A stretch of DNA of 64,000 bases from Gemmatimonas sp. (GTDB lineage: Bacteria > Gemmatimonadota > Gemmatimonadetes > Gemmatimonadales > Gemmatimonadaceae), in the NCBI GenBank assembly GCA_965279375.1, contig OZ257156.1, positions 1,856,001 to 1,920,000 of the forward strand. Reading direction: 5' to 3'. A model generated the notes under the pieces. That model made no database searches. It saw only the letters and a list, made by a program, of their open reading frames with translations, and had not been told where the DNA came from. The translations under genes and the position numbers were made by a program. Below, piece by piece: positions 1 through 8,587 of this stretch (positions within the stretch are counted from its first letter, which is position 1; each line of letters opens with the position of its first letter).

Positions 1-241
1 TGGACAGCGGACTCGAGCCGGAACCAAAGCCCTTCTTGTAGCCGACCGGATTGGCGAAGTAGCCCTCGATCGCCTGCTTGGTCTTGTCGTCCATGCCCAG
101 AATCCACATCACCATGAAGAACGCCATCATGGCGGTCACGAAGTCGGCGTAGGCCACCTTCCACGAGCCGCCGTGATGGCCGCCTCCACCGGAGATGACC
201 TTCTTGACGATGACGATCTTCTTTCCGCCGCGGGCGGCCAT
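1..241 (-). CDS. motB: Flagellar stator protein MotB (5' part only; runs off the window edge)
   Basis: Manual translation from ATG at 241: MAARGGKKIVIVKKVISGGGGHHGGSWKVAYADFVTAMMAFFMVMWILG, the MotB plug/TM motif with the essential Asp; directly downstream of motA. Confidence 0.95.
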   Translation of the reverse strand, partial: MAARGGKKIVIVKKVISGGGGHHGGSWKVAYADFVTAMMAFFMVMWILGMDDKTKQAIEGYFANPVGYKKGFGSGSSPLS

Positions 242-242
242 C

Positions 243-1100
243 TTACGCCGCCTTCTTGCGCGTCAGCTCTTCCAGCTCGGCGAAGCTCGGACGCTCGTGC
301 GGCTCGATGTTGCGGCGCGAGAACTCGACAGCCGTCATCGGGGCATCGCCGCGAGCGAACGACAGCAGTGCCGTGCGAATGCACAGCATGTAGTCGTGCT
401 CTGCATGAATGCGGCTCGTCATTGCAGCGGCAATCGGACCGAACACGCCGTAAGCGAGCAGAATGCCGAGGAACGTTCCGACGAGTGCAGCGGCCACGTG
501 CTCACCGATCTCAGATGCGGCGCCACCAATGGCGCCCATCGTGATGATGACGCCGAGTACGGCGGCCACGATGCCGAAGCCCGGCATGGCGTCGCCCACC
601 GACGTGATGGCATGCGGCGCGAGCAACGCTTCGTGATGATGCTTTTCCAGATCGACGTCGAGAATGTCGGCCAGGTTGTGGTCTTCGACCGTGCCCGTGA
701 GCAGGACCTTGAGCGTGTCGCAGAGCAGCGACATCGCATGGTGATTCTTGGCGAACGACGGATACTTGGAGAAGATGTCGCTGCTTTCCGGATTCTCGAT
801 GTGCGATTCGAGTCCGACGAGGCCGTCCTTGCGCGCCTTCTGAAAGATCTCGTAGAGTACCTGCAAGAGTTCGGCGTACGCCTTCGCGCCAAACGGATTC
901 GGCTTGAGCAATCCGATCACCTGCGCCAGCGTTGCCTTCAGCACAGCGGGCGGGTTTGCCATGATCATGCTGCCCAGACCGGCCCCGCCGAGCACGAGAA
1001 ACTCGTTGGGCTGGATGAGCACGGCGAGATGTCCGTGGGCCATGACATAGCCTCCGAGCACCGCTCCGACTACGATGACCAAGCCGATAATGAGAAACAC
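243..1100 (-). CDS. motA: Flagellar stator protein MotA
   Basis: 285 aa, GTG start, TM segments, ARKDGLVGLESHIE and MPGFGIVAAVLGVIITM motifs, ALVGTFLGILLAYG. Confidence 0.96.
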   Translation of the reverse strand: MFLIIGLVIVVGAVLGGYVMAHGHLAVLIQPNEFLVLGGAGLGSMIMANPPAVLKATLAQVIGLLKPNPFGAKAYAELLQVLYEIFQKARKDGLVGLESHIENPESSDIFSKYPSFAKNHHAMSLLCDTLKVLLTGTVEDHNLADILDVDLEKHHHEALLAPHAITSVGDAMPGFGIVAAVLGVIITMGAIGGAASEIGEHVAAALVGTFLGILLAYGVFGPIAAAMTSRIHAEHDYMLCIRTALLSFARGDAPMTAVEFSRRNIEPHERPSFAELEELTRKKAA

Positions 1101-1136
1101 GCAGCAGTACCTGGAGAGCGAGTGGAGATTTCAGCG

Positions 1137-1793
1137 ATGAACAGCCGCGACGGCGCGGCGTGCTGGCTGACCATACATGACGATTTGCTGCGCGGCATGA
1201 CACATGCCCTCAGCAATCGAATCGGGACAATTCTTGCCGCGGTATCGCTGATCGAAATCGATGCGGGACCAAAGGCGCAGGCGCTCGATACGTTGCGCAC
1301 CGAATCGGAACGTCTGGACGCCCTGTTGCGCACGCTGCGACAGCTGCCGCGTCGTGCGGAAGTCTCTGCGGAGCCGCTGCTGCCCACCGATGTCGCCCAA
1401 GTCGCGATCGATCTGCACCTTCATCACCCCGAGGGGCGAGATCAGTCCTGCCAGATCGTGCTGGAGGGCGATCCGCTGCCGGCCTACGCCGACCCGGCCG
1501 CGCTGTCCCTCGCGCTCGCTGCCGCGCTGACCCGCGCGAAGCGTCTGGCCGGTGCACACGGTGCCACGCAGATCGCCATTTCCAGCACGGACGACTCCGT
1601 GCGCTTCGACGTTCGCGCCGACGCGCTCGCCGATGGACTCGACGCGGAGAGTGTGGCCGACGGACGTTCGCGCGATGCGGCGGCGGCCATGTGGCTGCTC
1701 GGCGATGACCGCGACCGCGTCGTCGAGCATGCGTCGGGCATCCACATTCACGTCCCGACGCTCGGCGCCGCGCGGCGTGCACGCAAGCGATAG
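1137..1793 (+). CDS. Histidine-kinase-like protein (H-box helix plus degenerate ATPase domain); possible ChpT-like phosphotransferase
   Basis: C-terminal 218 aa of ORF 195..1793 from ATG 1137 with GGAG upstream; LLRGMTHALSNRIGTIL resembles an H-box; ADPAALSLALAAAL at the N-box position lacks Asn; no DxGxG. Confidence 0.6.
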   Translation: MNSRDGAACWLTIHDDLLRGMTHALSNRIGTILAAVSLIEIDAGPKAQALDTLRTESERLDALLRTLRQLPRRAEVSAEPLLPTDVAQVAIDLHLHHPEGRDQSCQIVLEGDPLPAYADPAALSLALAAALTRAKRLAGAHGATQIAISSTDDSVRFDVRADALADGLDAESVADGRSRDAAAAMWLLGDDRDRVVEHASGIHIHVPTLGAARRARKR

Positions 1794-1828
1794 CGAGACG
1801 GGCATCGCACGACGGCGCGCCAAGCGGC

Positions 1829-2113
1829 TCACGACGCGTTGCCCTCGGGCGACGTCTCGCTCGGTGTTTCCACTGCCGCATCCGTAGGCGCAGTGGCGCC
1901 GAGCGACGCGAGCCAGGCGCTCGCGGACGCGGTGGTGGTGGCACGCTGGTTTTCGCTGGCGACCTGCTGCGCGATTTCGCCGCGCAGGATCTTCAGCTCA
2001 GGCGGCGCTTCGATGCCGATGCGCACGCCGCCGCGGTCGCACGAGACGACGACGATGCGTATTCCACCTTCAATCAGGATCGAGTCGCCAACGCGACGTC
2101 CAAGGATGAGCAT
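1829..2113 (-). CDS. csrA: Carbon storage regulator CsrA with C-terminal extension
   Basis: MLILGRRVGDSILIEGGIRIVVVSCDRGGVRIGIEAPPELKILRGEI is the CsrA signature. Confidence 0.93.
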   Translation of the reverse strand: MLILGRRVGDSILIEGGIRIVVVSCDRGGVRIGIEAPPELKILRGEIAQQVASENQRATTTASASAWLASLGATAPTDAAVETPSETSPEGNAS

Positions 2114-2118
2114 CTCGC

Positions 2119-3573
2119 TTAGATCATCTGCAGCAATGTCTGCAGCATCTCATCCGCGGTCTTGATCAACTTCGACGCCGCTGTGTACGACTGCTGCACG
2201 CGCATCATGTTGGTCAACTCTTCATCGGTGCTGACACCACTCACGGACTGACGGCGCGTGTCCGTCTGGTCGCTGAGCGCGCGGAACACGGTGGCGTCGT
2301 CGGTGGCGCTCTTCGCACTGATGCCGATACCGGTCACCATGTTGCGGAAGAAGCTGACGTACGAACCGGTTTCTGGTGGGCTCGACGGCGTTGCCAGATA
2401 TGAGACCGTACCCGTCGTGGTACGCAGCGTGGACAGTGCCGTGGCGTTGGCATTGTCCGTCGGAGCGTTCACATCGCGACTCGCCGCGATCAGCGACGGG
2501 TTCGCGACGATCGCCGCGTCCAGCGAGATCGTGCCGGCGCGCACCGGGCTGGCGAGGGTGCCCGCCGTGAAGAAATTGCCCGCGGCCGTGCCGGGAATGG
2601 TCGTGCCGTTGAAGTTGAAACCCTGCGTGTGCTGTGCGTTCACGCCGGAGACCAGCGACGACGCAAGCGCATCGAGACGGCCGCGTGCTCCGGGGATGTC
2701 GGTGTTGATGTAGTCCACGAGCGAGCGCAGATCTCCACCGAGCGGATTGAGCGCGTCTTGCGAGGTGCCGAGCAGAATCTTGACCGGAACGTCGGACGGT
2801 GCGACGGCAGGCAGCGGGTTGGGCGGCACCAGTCGCACGTTCAACGGACGTGCGGTCGTTCCGTCCACCAGCGTGGAGTTGCCGAGAACTACGGAGATGC
2901 TGCCGTTCGGCTGCTCGAAGGCGCGGGCGCCGGCCAGCTTGCCGAGCGCATCGATCTTGAGATCGCGCTGGTCACGCAGGTCGTTGGCGGTGTTGCCGTT
3001 GGATTCGGAGGTGACGATCTGTTCGTTCAGCGCCGCGATCTGACTCGCCGTCTGATTGATCTCCGACAACGTGTTGTTCAGACGGTCGATCGAGGAGGTG
3101 CGCTGCTGCGAGAGCTGCGTGTCGAACTGCTGAAAGAGCCCGGTCACCTGACGACCGCGCTGCTGCACGACCGCCTTGGCGGCTCCGCTGCTGGGCGAAG
3201 TGGCCAGATCGCTCCACGAGCTCCAGAACTGGTCCAGGGCGTTGGACATGCCGGCTTCGCTCGGCTCGCCGAAGACGCCTTCGAGCTGGCCGAGCAGATC
3301 GCGCTTCATTTCCGACGTGGACGCGCGGCCGTTGGCGTCGCGATAGCCCTCGTCGAGCAGCATGTCGCGCTTGCGCACGACAGTGGAAATGTTGACGCCG
3401 GTGCCGACGTTACCGTAGGAAAACCGGACCGGCGTGGTCGCCTGCAGCACGGCTTCCTGACGCGAATACCCGGGCGTTTCCGCATTCGCGATGTTCTGCG
3501 AGATGACCGCAAGGGTTTGCTGATGCGTCAGAAGCGCGCTGCGCGCGATGCTGAAAAGTCCGGAGTTCGACAT
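2119..3573 (-). CDS. flgK: Hook-associated protein FlgK
   Basis: N-terminal SQNIANAETPGYSRQ, NDLRDQRD, C-terminal SGVSTDEELTNMMRVQQSYTAASKLI. Confidence 0.95.
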   Translation of the reverse strand: MSNSGLFSIARSALLTHQQTLAVISQNIANAETPGYSRQEAVLQATTPVRFSYGNVGTGVNISTVVRKRDMLLDEGYRDANGRASTSEMKRDLLGQLEGVFGEPSEAGMSNALDQFWSSWSDLATSPSSGAAKAVVQQRGRQVTGLFQQFDTQLSQQRTSSIDRLNNTLSEINQTASQIAALNEQIVTSESNGNTANDLRDQRDLKIDALGKLAGARAFEQPNGSISVVLGNSTLVDGTTARPLNVRLVPPNPLPAVAPSDVPVKILLGTSQDALNPLGGDLRSLVDYINTDIPGARGRLDALASSLVSGVNAQHTQGFNFNGTTIPGTAAGNFFTAGTLASPVRAGTISLDAAIVANPSLIAASRDVNAPTDNANATALSTLRTTTGTVSYLATPSSPPETGSYVSFFRNMVTGIGISAKSATDDATVFRALSDQTDTRRQSVSGVSTDEELTNMMRVQQSYTAASKLIKTADEMLQTLLQMI

Positions 3574-3574
3574 G

Positions 3575-4120
3575 TCAGGCCCTGCGGTTCACGAGAAGAC
3601 CGCGCGGCGCGTTCGTGGTCGCCGCCGCCGCTGGACCTTCCGCGTCATAGGTCGGAATGCCCGCAGGAGCTCCGACGAGTGTGCGCACGTACTGGTCACC
3701 TGAGGCGAGCGCCTCGCGCAGCAGCTTGCGGTTCATGCCCACTTCGCGCGTCAGCAGATCCGCGGCCAGTTGCAGGCGCTGACGGGCCTCGCGCAACCGC
3801 GAGTCGATCTGGTCGCCCAGCGTCTGCTCGAGGTCGCGCAGCGTCAGGTCTTCCGACCCACCGAGCAGCAGATTGAGCTGGCGCCGACGCTGCCGCGCCT
3901 GGCCGAGCGTGGCCAGAATGCGGTGCGTCGCAAAGGTGCTGTCGTCGACACCCTGGATATCGTCGCCGCTGACTGCCGCGCGCTGGCGACGCATCTGCGC
4001 GATGAGGTCGTCGAGCAATCGACGCTCACTCACCAACGCATCATGCAACGCATTCAGCAACGCCGTCGTCGGCGGCCCGTAATTCTGCGCAGCTTCGTAG
4101 TTCAGCACGGTCGGCGACAT
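3575..4120 (-). CDS. flgN: FlgN-like flagellar export chaperone
   Basis: 181 aa helical/coiled-coil protein directly upstream of flgK; Asn in 'MNRKLL' near the C-terminus as in FlgN. Confidence 0.7.
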   Translation of the reverse strand: MSPTVLNYEAAQNYGPPTTALLNALHDALVSERRLLDDLIAQMRRQRAAVSGDDIQGVDDSTFATHRILATLGQARQRRRQLNLLLGGSEDLTLRDLEQTLGDQIDSRLREARQRLQLAADLLTREVGMNRKLLREALASGDQYVRTLVGAPAGIPTYDAEGPAAAATTNAPRGLLVNRRA

Positions 4121-4455
4121 CAGAGGGCGGTGGAGTCAGTGGAGTTCGGAGCGGCGGTCGGGACTATCTGCGAGCGGAGCTGGCGGTACAGCGCTTCCCC
4201 CAACCCACCCTCCCACTGACTGGGAGTTTCGGCAGCAAGGTGCTCATCCATCAGTGACGTGAAAATGTCCTCACCGGCTCCGCCTGAAACGAACCCTTCC
4301 CCCTGTGGAACGGTGTCGCGCATCGCCTTGAAGAGCTGCTGCACAAACACGCCTTCGAGCTGCTTTGAGACCTTCTTCAGGTCTTCGTCGCGGCTGCTCG
4401 CAGCGCTGGACGTCGTCGCGACCGCGGTCGTGCGCGCCCCCATGGCCTCAATCAT
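4120..4455 (-). CDS. flgJ: Rod-binding protein FlgJ (short form, no muramidase domain)
   Basis: 111 aa; LKKVSKQLEGVFVQQLFKAMRDTVP...FTSLMDEHLA...GLGEALYRQL is the Rod-binding domain only. Confidence 0.9.
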   Translation of the reverse strand: MIEAMGARTTAVATTSSAASSRDEDLKKVSKQLEGVFVQQLFKAMRDTVPQGEGFVSGGAGEDIFTSLMDEHLAAETPSQWEGGLGEALYRQLRSQIVPTAAPNSTDSTAL

Positions 4456-5546
4456 CGGATGATCACCTCTGCTGTGATCGCGCCTACTTCGCGCAGTGCG
4501 GCGAAGATCGCCGCGATTTCACTCGGTGGAGTCCGCACTGCCTGCAACGAGGCGGCGACGCGCTGCACCGAAATGCCAGCCGGAAGACGCACACTGCCCG
4601 GGACTGCCGTCGTGTCCGACGCCGTCTCCTTGCCGATCGCGAGTGTGATCGCTCCATGACTAACGACCGCCGGGCCAACGAGCATTTCGCCACCGGCAAC
4701 CACTGTTCCATCCTTGCCATCGATGACCAGCCGCGGAGCACGTTCGGGCGTGATCGAGAGCTCGCGGATCTTCGTGTACGCGGTCGGACGCGACACCGTG
4801 TCGGCGAGCGTGACCATCACGGAACCCTCATCCTCAACGACAGCCGTCTTGTCGCCCATCGCCTTGTTGATCGCGTCGGCGATGCGCGTGGCCGTACCGA
4901 GATCGGGCTCGCGCAGCAGCAACCGGGACGCGGCCGCCACCACCGGCCTGGCGAGATCGGCCTCGAGCAGTCCGCCAGTCGGAATGCGTGCGTTCGTTTC
5001 GTGCGTGACGGCGTAGCGCGTGGTGGATCCGCCATCACTCACCAGCATCGAACCCTGCGCCGTCGCCAGAGGCGGGCCATTGGGATCGGCCACGAGTGGT
5101 GTCATGTACAGCACGCCGCCGCGCAGTGATCGCGCATCGCCCATCGACGACACACTCACTTCAAAGCGGCCACCGGCGCGCAGAAACGGCGAGACTTCAG
5201 CCGTCACCAACACCGCCGCCACGTTCCGCATGCGGATCATCTCCGGCGGCACTTCCACGTTGAAGCGGCGCAGCATGTTGACCACGCTGGCCACCGTTGC
5301 GCCGGCCGACTGTGTGCCATTGCCACGATCGCCGGTGCCATCGAGACCCACGGCCAGTCCATAGCCCACCAGTCGCACGGGCAAGGCACCTTCCGGCGAG
5401 GTGATGTCTCGAATCTTCACATCGCCCTGCGCGCGAACCGTCGCGGGCGTGAGCAGCTGCAGCACCACGAGCGCAATCACCGCAAAGGCGGTCGGAAGCT
5501 GTGTGCGCGCCAGCATGGGCGGCTTTCTCAAATTGATCGGCGTCAT
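4452..5546 (-). CDS. flgI: Flagellar P-ring protein FlgI
   Basis: Signal peptide, LVGYGLAVGLDGTGD, RNVAAVLVTAE, SSMGDARSLRGGVLYMTPL. Confidence 0.96.
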   Translation of the reverse strand: MTPINLRKPPMLARTQLPTAFAVIALVVLQLLTPATVRAQGDVKIRDITSPEGALPVRLVGYGLAVGLDGTGDRGNGTQSAGATVASVVNMLRRFNVEVPPEMIRMRNVAAVLVTAEVSPFLRAGGRFEVSVSSMGDARSLRGGVLYMTPLVADPNGPPLATAQGSMLVSDGGSTTRYAVTHETNARIPTGGLLEADLARPVVAAASRLLLREPDLGTATRIADAINKAMGDKTAVVEDEGSVMVTLADTVSRPTAYTKIRELSITPERAPRLVIDGKDGTVVAGGEMLVGPAVVSHGAITLAIGKETASDTTAVPGSVRLPAGISVQRVAASLQAVRTPPSEIAAIFAALREVGAITAEVIIR

Positions 5547-5558
5547 GTCGGGGTCCGC

Positions 5559-6311
5559 TTACGGCCAGAAGGCGCCGAGCAGCTTGCTGACAATGCCCTG
5601 CTTGGGCTTGCCGAGCGCGCCGGGCGAGGCATACCCCAACTGCTGGTCGGCCACGCGATTCGATTCGACGATGTTCTGCGACGAGATGTCCTGGGCGCGC
5701 ACCCATCCCGTGAAGACGATGTCCTGCGCGTTCTTGTCCACGTCGATCTTCTTGGACCCCTTGATCTGCAACAGGCCGTTAGGGCCGATGGCGACGACGC
5801 GCACGCTCATCTCGTTCTGAAAGCGATTCTCGCGCTTCGACGCGCCCCGCTGCTGCTGCTCGGCGTTGTTGCGTGAGTCGAGCCCGCCGCCCTTGGAGCC
5901 GCCCGGCAAGTTGGCCGTGACGGAGAGGCCACGCGTCCGCGAGTCGGAGGCCGTGTTCTCCTTGATGGCAGTCGTGATCGTGTAGTCGTCGATCAGGACG
6001 GTGATGATGTCGCCCACGACGAACGTGCGGCGGTCGGCCACCCACGATTCACGCACCGGTCGCGCAGCGACCGTGGTCGCGGGGGCGGCACCGGCAGGTG
6101 CTGCAGCGCCAGCGCCAGCGGCACCTGCGCCGCGACCTGCGGCCGGCGTCGCAGCGGGAGCTGCACCGGGCGCGGCACCGGGCGCCTGTGCATCGAGCGG
6201 CATCACGATCGCGGAGAGCAGCAGGCCAAGCAGCATCACGAACGACGACACAGCGCGCCGGTCCTGGCGAGACTGCATGGTGCGATCGGACGAATTGGAA
6301 ACGGAACCCAT
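5559..6311 (-). CDS. flgH: Flagellar L-ring protein FlgH
   Basis: DRRTFVVGDIITVLI, VVAIGPNGLLQIKGSK, GWVRAQDISSQNIVESNRVAD, C-terminal FWP; start could be the second Met. Confidence 0.92.
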   Translation of the reverse strand: MGSVSNSSDRTMQSRQDRRAVSSFVMLLGLLLSAIVMPLDAQAPGAAPGAAPAATPAAGRGAGAAGAGAAAPAGAAPATTVAARPVRESWVADRRTFVVGDIITVLIDDYTITTAIKENTASDSRTRGLSVTANLPGGSKGGGLDSRNNAEQQQRGASKRENRFQNEMSVRVVAIGPNGLLQIKGSKKIDVDKNAQDIVFTGWVRAQDISSQNIVESNRVADQQLGYASPGALGKPKQGIVSKLLGAFWP

Positions 6312-6322
6312 GCGGGTCTTCC

Positions 6323-6889
6323 TCAGCGGAGACGAACGGTGTTTGGCGCGACGGCGATGCCGTCGAGCCGACGAGTACGATCGATGCGCACGCCCACGGC
6401 GGCGCCGATTGATGCGGTATTGGTCGCGACGCCACTGAGCACGAGTCGCAGCGAGCCGTCCTGCCAGATCGCGTTGACCGTGCTGCCCGCGGTGACCACG
6501 GGCGGTGCCATGACCGCCGGCACGCGCAGCACTTCACCGAGTGCGATCGGCCGACGCGCGATCCAGCCGGCCACGTTGCGAATGCTGTCCGGCTTGCTCG
6601 CCCACGGCCACGCGATCACGCTGTCGCGGAGGGCGAAGTCGGTGGCACGCACGGTGTCGCCGGTTACGAACGCGCGCGTCGCCACCGGCCACGTCACGCG
6701 GCGATAGCCACGCGGCAGTGCGGTGGAGTCTGACGTTGCCACGACGCTCGTTGCCACGGTTGCCGGTGTCGCCTGTGCGAACGCGATGCTCGAGCTGGCG
6801 CACAGCGCCAGCACCACACCGATGACGGTGAGGAGGAGCAGCGAGAACGGCGGTGAAGCCATCGGCGACGACTCGGCGCGGAGCGACAT
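6323..6889 (-). CDS. flgA: P-ring assembly chaperone FlgA (short, SAF/ChapFlgA domain)
   Basis: Signal-like N-terminus; GWIARRPIALGEVLR...PPVVTAGSTV...GAAVGVR; position between flgG and flgH. Confidence 0.85.
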   Translation of the reverse strand: MSLRAESSPMASPPFSLLLLTVIGVVLALCASSSIAFAQATPATVATSVVATSDSTALPRGYRRVTWPVATRAFVTGDTVRATDFALRDSVIAWPWASKPDSIRNVAGWIARRPIALGEVLRVPAVMAPPVVTAGSTVNAIWQDGSLRLVLSGVATNTASIGAAVGVRIDRTRRLDGIAVAPNTVRLR

Positions 6890-6894
6890 GAAAA

Positions 6895-7683
6895 TCAGCG
6901 CGTCAGGTTGTTGGCCATCTGACCCATCTCGTCGGCGTTCTTGATCGCCTTCGAGTTGATCTCATACGCGCGCATGGCGGTGATCATCTCCACCATTTCC
7001 TGCACGATTTCGACGTTGCTGCCTTCCAGGCTGCCCTGTTGCAACGTGCCCATGCCCGCATCGCCGGGCGAGCCGGTGACGGGTTCGCCGGACGACGCCG
7101 TGGGCGCATACATGTTCTTGCCGAGCGACATGAGCCCGGACGGGTTCGCGAAGGCGACCAGATCGATCTTGCCGATCTCGGTGGGCTGAATGTCCTTGCC
7201 GCGCGTGACCGCAACGATGCCGTTGACGGAGATCGAAATGTTCGAGGCGTCGGTCGGGATCTGAATCGGCGGCTGCAGCGCCCAACCGTCGGACGTGACG
7301 AGCAGGCCCTTGTCGGAGATCTGGAAGCTGCCGTCGCGCGTGTAGGTGATGTCGCCCTTGCCGTTGTCGAGCTGGAAGAAGCCGTTGCCTTCGATCATGA
7401 CATCGAGGTTGCGACCCGTCGTTTCGACCGTGCCCTGCTCGTGCATGCGCAGCACGCCGGCGAGATGCGTTCCGCGGCCGACCTGAATCGCGGGCGCCGT
7501 TTCGGCATTGGGATCGCCGATCACCTGCTGCCCCTGAATCGACTGGTAGAGCAGGTCTTCGAAGTGCGCACGGCTCCGCTTGAAGCCCGGCGTGTTCACG
7601 TTGGCCAGGTTGTTGGAGATGATTTCGGTGCGCGTCTGTTGCGCCATCATGCCGGTAGCGGCGGCGCGGAGGGCCGGATCCAT
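6895..7683 (-). CDS. flgG: Distal rod protein FlgG
   Basis: Start MDPALRAAATGMMAQQ (ATG 7683); SNNLANVNTPGFKRSR, YTRDGSF, LEGSNVEIVQEMVEMI. Confidence 0.96.
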   Translation of the reverse strand: MDPALRAAATGMMAQQTRTEIISNNLANVNTPGFKRSRAHFEDLLYQSIQGQQVIGDPNAETAPAIQVGRGTHLAGVLRMHEQGTVETTGRNLDVMIEGNGFFQLDNGKGDITYTRDGSFQISDKGLLVTSDGWALQPPIQIPTDASNISISVNGIVAVTRGKDIQPTEIGKIDLVAFANPSGLMSLGKNMYAPTASSGEPVTGSPGDAGMGTLQQGSLEGSNVEIVQEMVEMITAMRAYEINSKAIKNADEMGQMANNLTR

Positions 7684-7693
7684 GCGATGTCCC

Positions 7694-8398
7694 TTAGATA
7701 GGCTTGCCGAGTTCGGTGGTCGCGATCCCGCGCACCGAATCCAGCGTGGAGAGAGTCTTCTGTGCGGCACCGTAGGCGTGCAGCGTGTCGATCATGTCGG
7801 TCATCGCCGACATCGTGTTCACGTTCGATTCCTCGATGAAGCCCTGCGCGACGCGTCGTTCCGCGACGGGAACCGACTGGCGCGTGGCATCGGGTACGAA
7901 CTGGGTGCCGCCTTCGTGCTGGAGGCGGGTGCCATCGGCGACGCGCTCGAGACGCAGGCGCGCGACCATGCGCCCATTCGCCTTCACGGTGCCATCTTCC
8001 TCGATCTCGATCTTGCCGGCCGGCAGCGTGATCGGACCGTCATCGCCGAGCACCGCATTGCCGCGGCTGTCCACGAGCTGTCGCTGGGCGTCCATCGAAA
8101 AGGTGCCGTTGCGCGTCAGCCGCTCGCCGGCCGCCGTCTGCGTCACGAAGTAGCCGTCACCCTTCACGGCGACGTCGAGCGGATTCTTCGTCTCGCTCAG
8201 ATTGCCGGCGGTGGTGTTGAGCGCGGTGTCGGTGGCGGCGAGGGCGTTGCCCATCAAGCGGGCGAACGGCGTTTCGGCCTTGAAGCCGCGCGTGGAGGCG
8301 TTGGCCAGGTTGTTGGCGAGCACCTGCTGGCGCCGCTCCATCATCTGGAGCGCGGCGGCGGCGCTGCTGAAACCGTTCATCCGTACCGGATCGGGCAT
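7694..8398 (-). CDS. flgF: Proximal rod protein FlgF
   Basis: ANNLANASTRGFK, TKNPLDVAVKGDGYF, LTRNGTF, QGFIEESNVN; start ATG 8398 or 8380. Confidence 0.92.
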   Translation of the reverse strand: MPDPVRMNGFSSAAAALQMMERRQQVLANNLANASTRGFKAETPFARLMGNALAATDTALNTTAGNLSETKNPLDVAVKGDGYFVTQTAAGERLTRNGTFSMDAQRQLVDSRGNAVLGDDGPITLPAGKIEIEEDGTVKANGRMVARLRLERVADGTRLQHEGGTQFVPDATRQSVPVAERRVAQGFIEESNVNTMSAMTDMIDTLHAYGAAQKTLSTLDSVRGIATTELGKPI

Positions 8399-8439
8399 GG
8401 CATACTCGGGAAAGGGGAGATTCTCGGTATGCCTAAAAC

Positions 8440-8454
8440 GCAACGGTCGGGCCA
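8440..8454 (-). promoter_or_regulatory. Sigma54 (-24/-12) promoter of the flgF-csrA operon
   Basis: Minus strand reads TGGCCC-GACCG-TTGC, about 40 bp upstream of flgF. Confidence 0.75.
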
Positions 8455-8481
8455 TGATGGCCCGACCGCGCGGAAAGTATC

Positions 8482-8506
8482 TAAGCTGTTGTCCTGCTGA
8501 TGTTTA
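8482..8506. promoter_or_regulatory. 25-bp IHF-like pseudo-palindrome
   Basis: TAA-GCTG-TTG-TCCTG-CTG-ATGT-TTA; the same pattern occurs at seven other promoters. Confidence 0.55.
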
Positions 8507-8553
8507 ACTCGCTGCGAGACGTCCGGAACCGGGAGACCGGTTTGTCACACCCT

Positions 8554-8587
8554 CGGAAATTCATGCCGTTGGCGGTCGGAGTTGCCG
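8554..8587. promoter_or_regulatory. Candidate enhancer (UAS) pair for the sigma54 activator
   Basis: CGGAA-ATTCA-TGCCG (8554-8568) and CGGTC-GGAGT-TGCCG (8573-8587). Confidence 0.55.

Noticed and set aside
195..1136. N-terminal 314 aa of the 532-aa plus-strand ORF
   Set aside because: Antisense shadow of motA; only the part from ATG 1137 looks like a real gene
1195..1239. Possible motA sigma54 site (minus strand GGGCAT-GTGTC-ATGC) and a half-matching UAS inside the pseudo-kinase gene
   Set aside because: Weak match, UAS only about 15 bp away, no 25-bp element, and inside coding sequence
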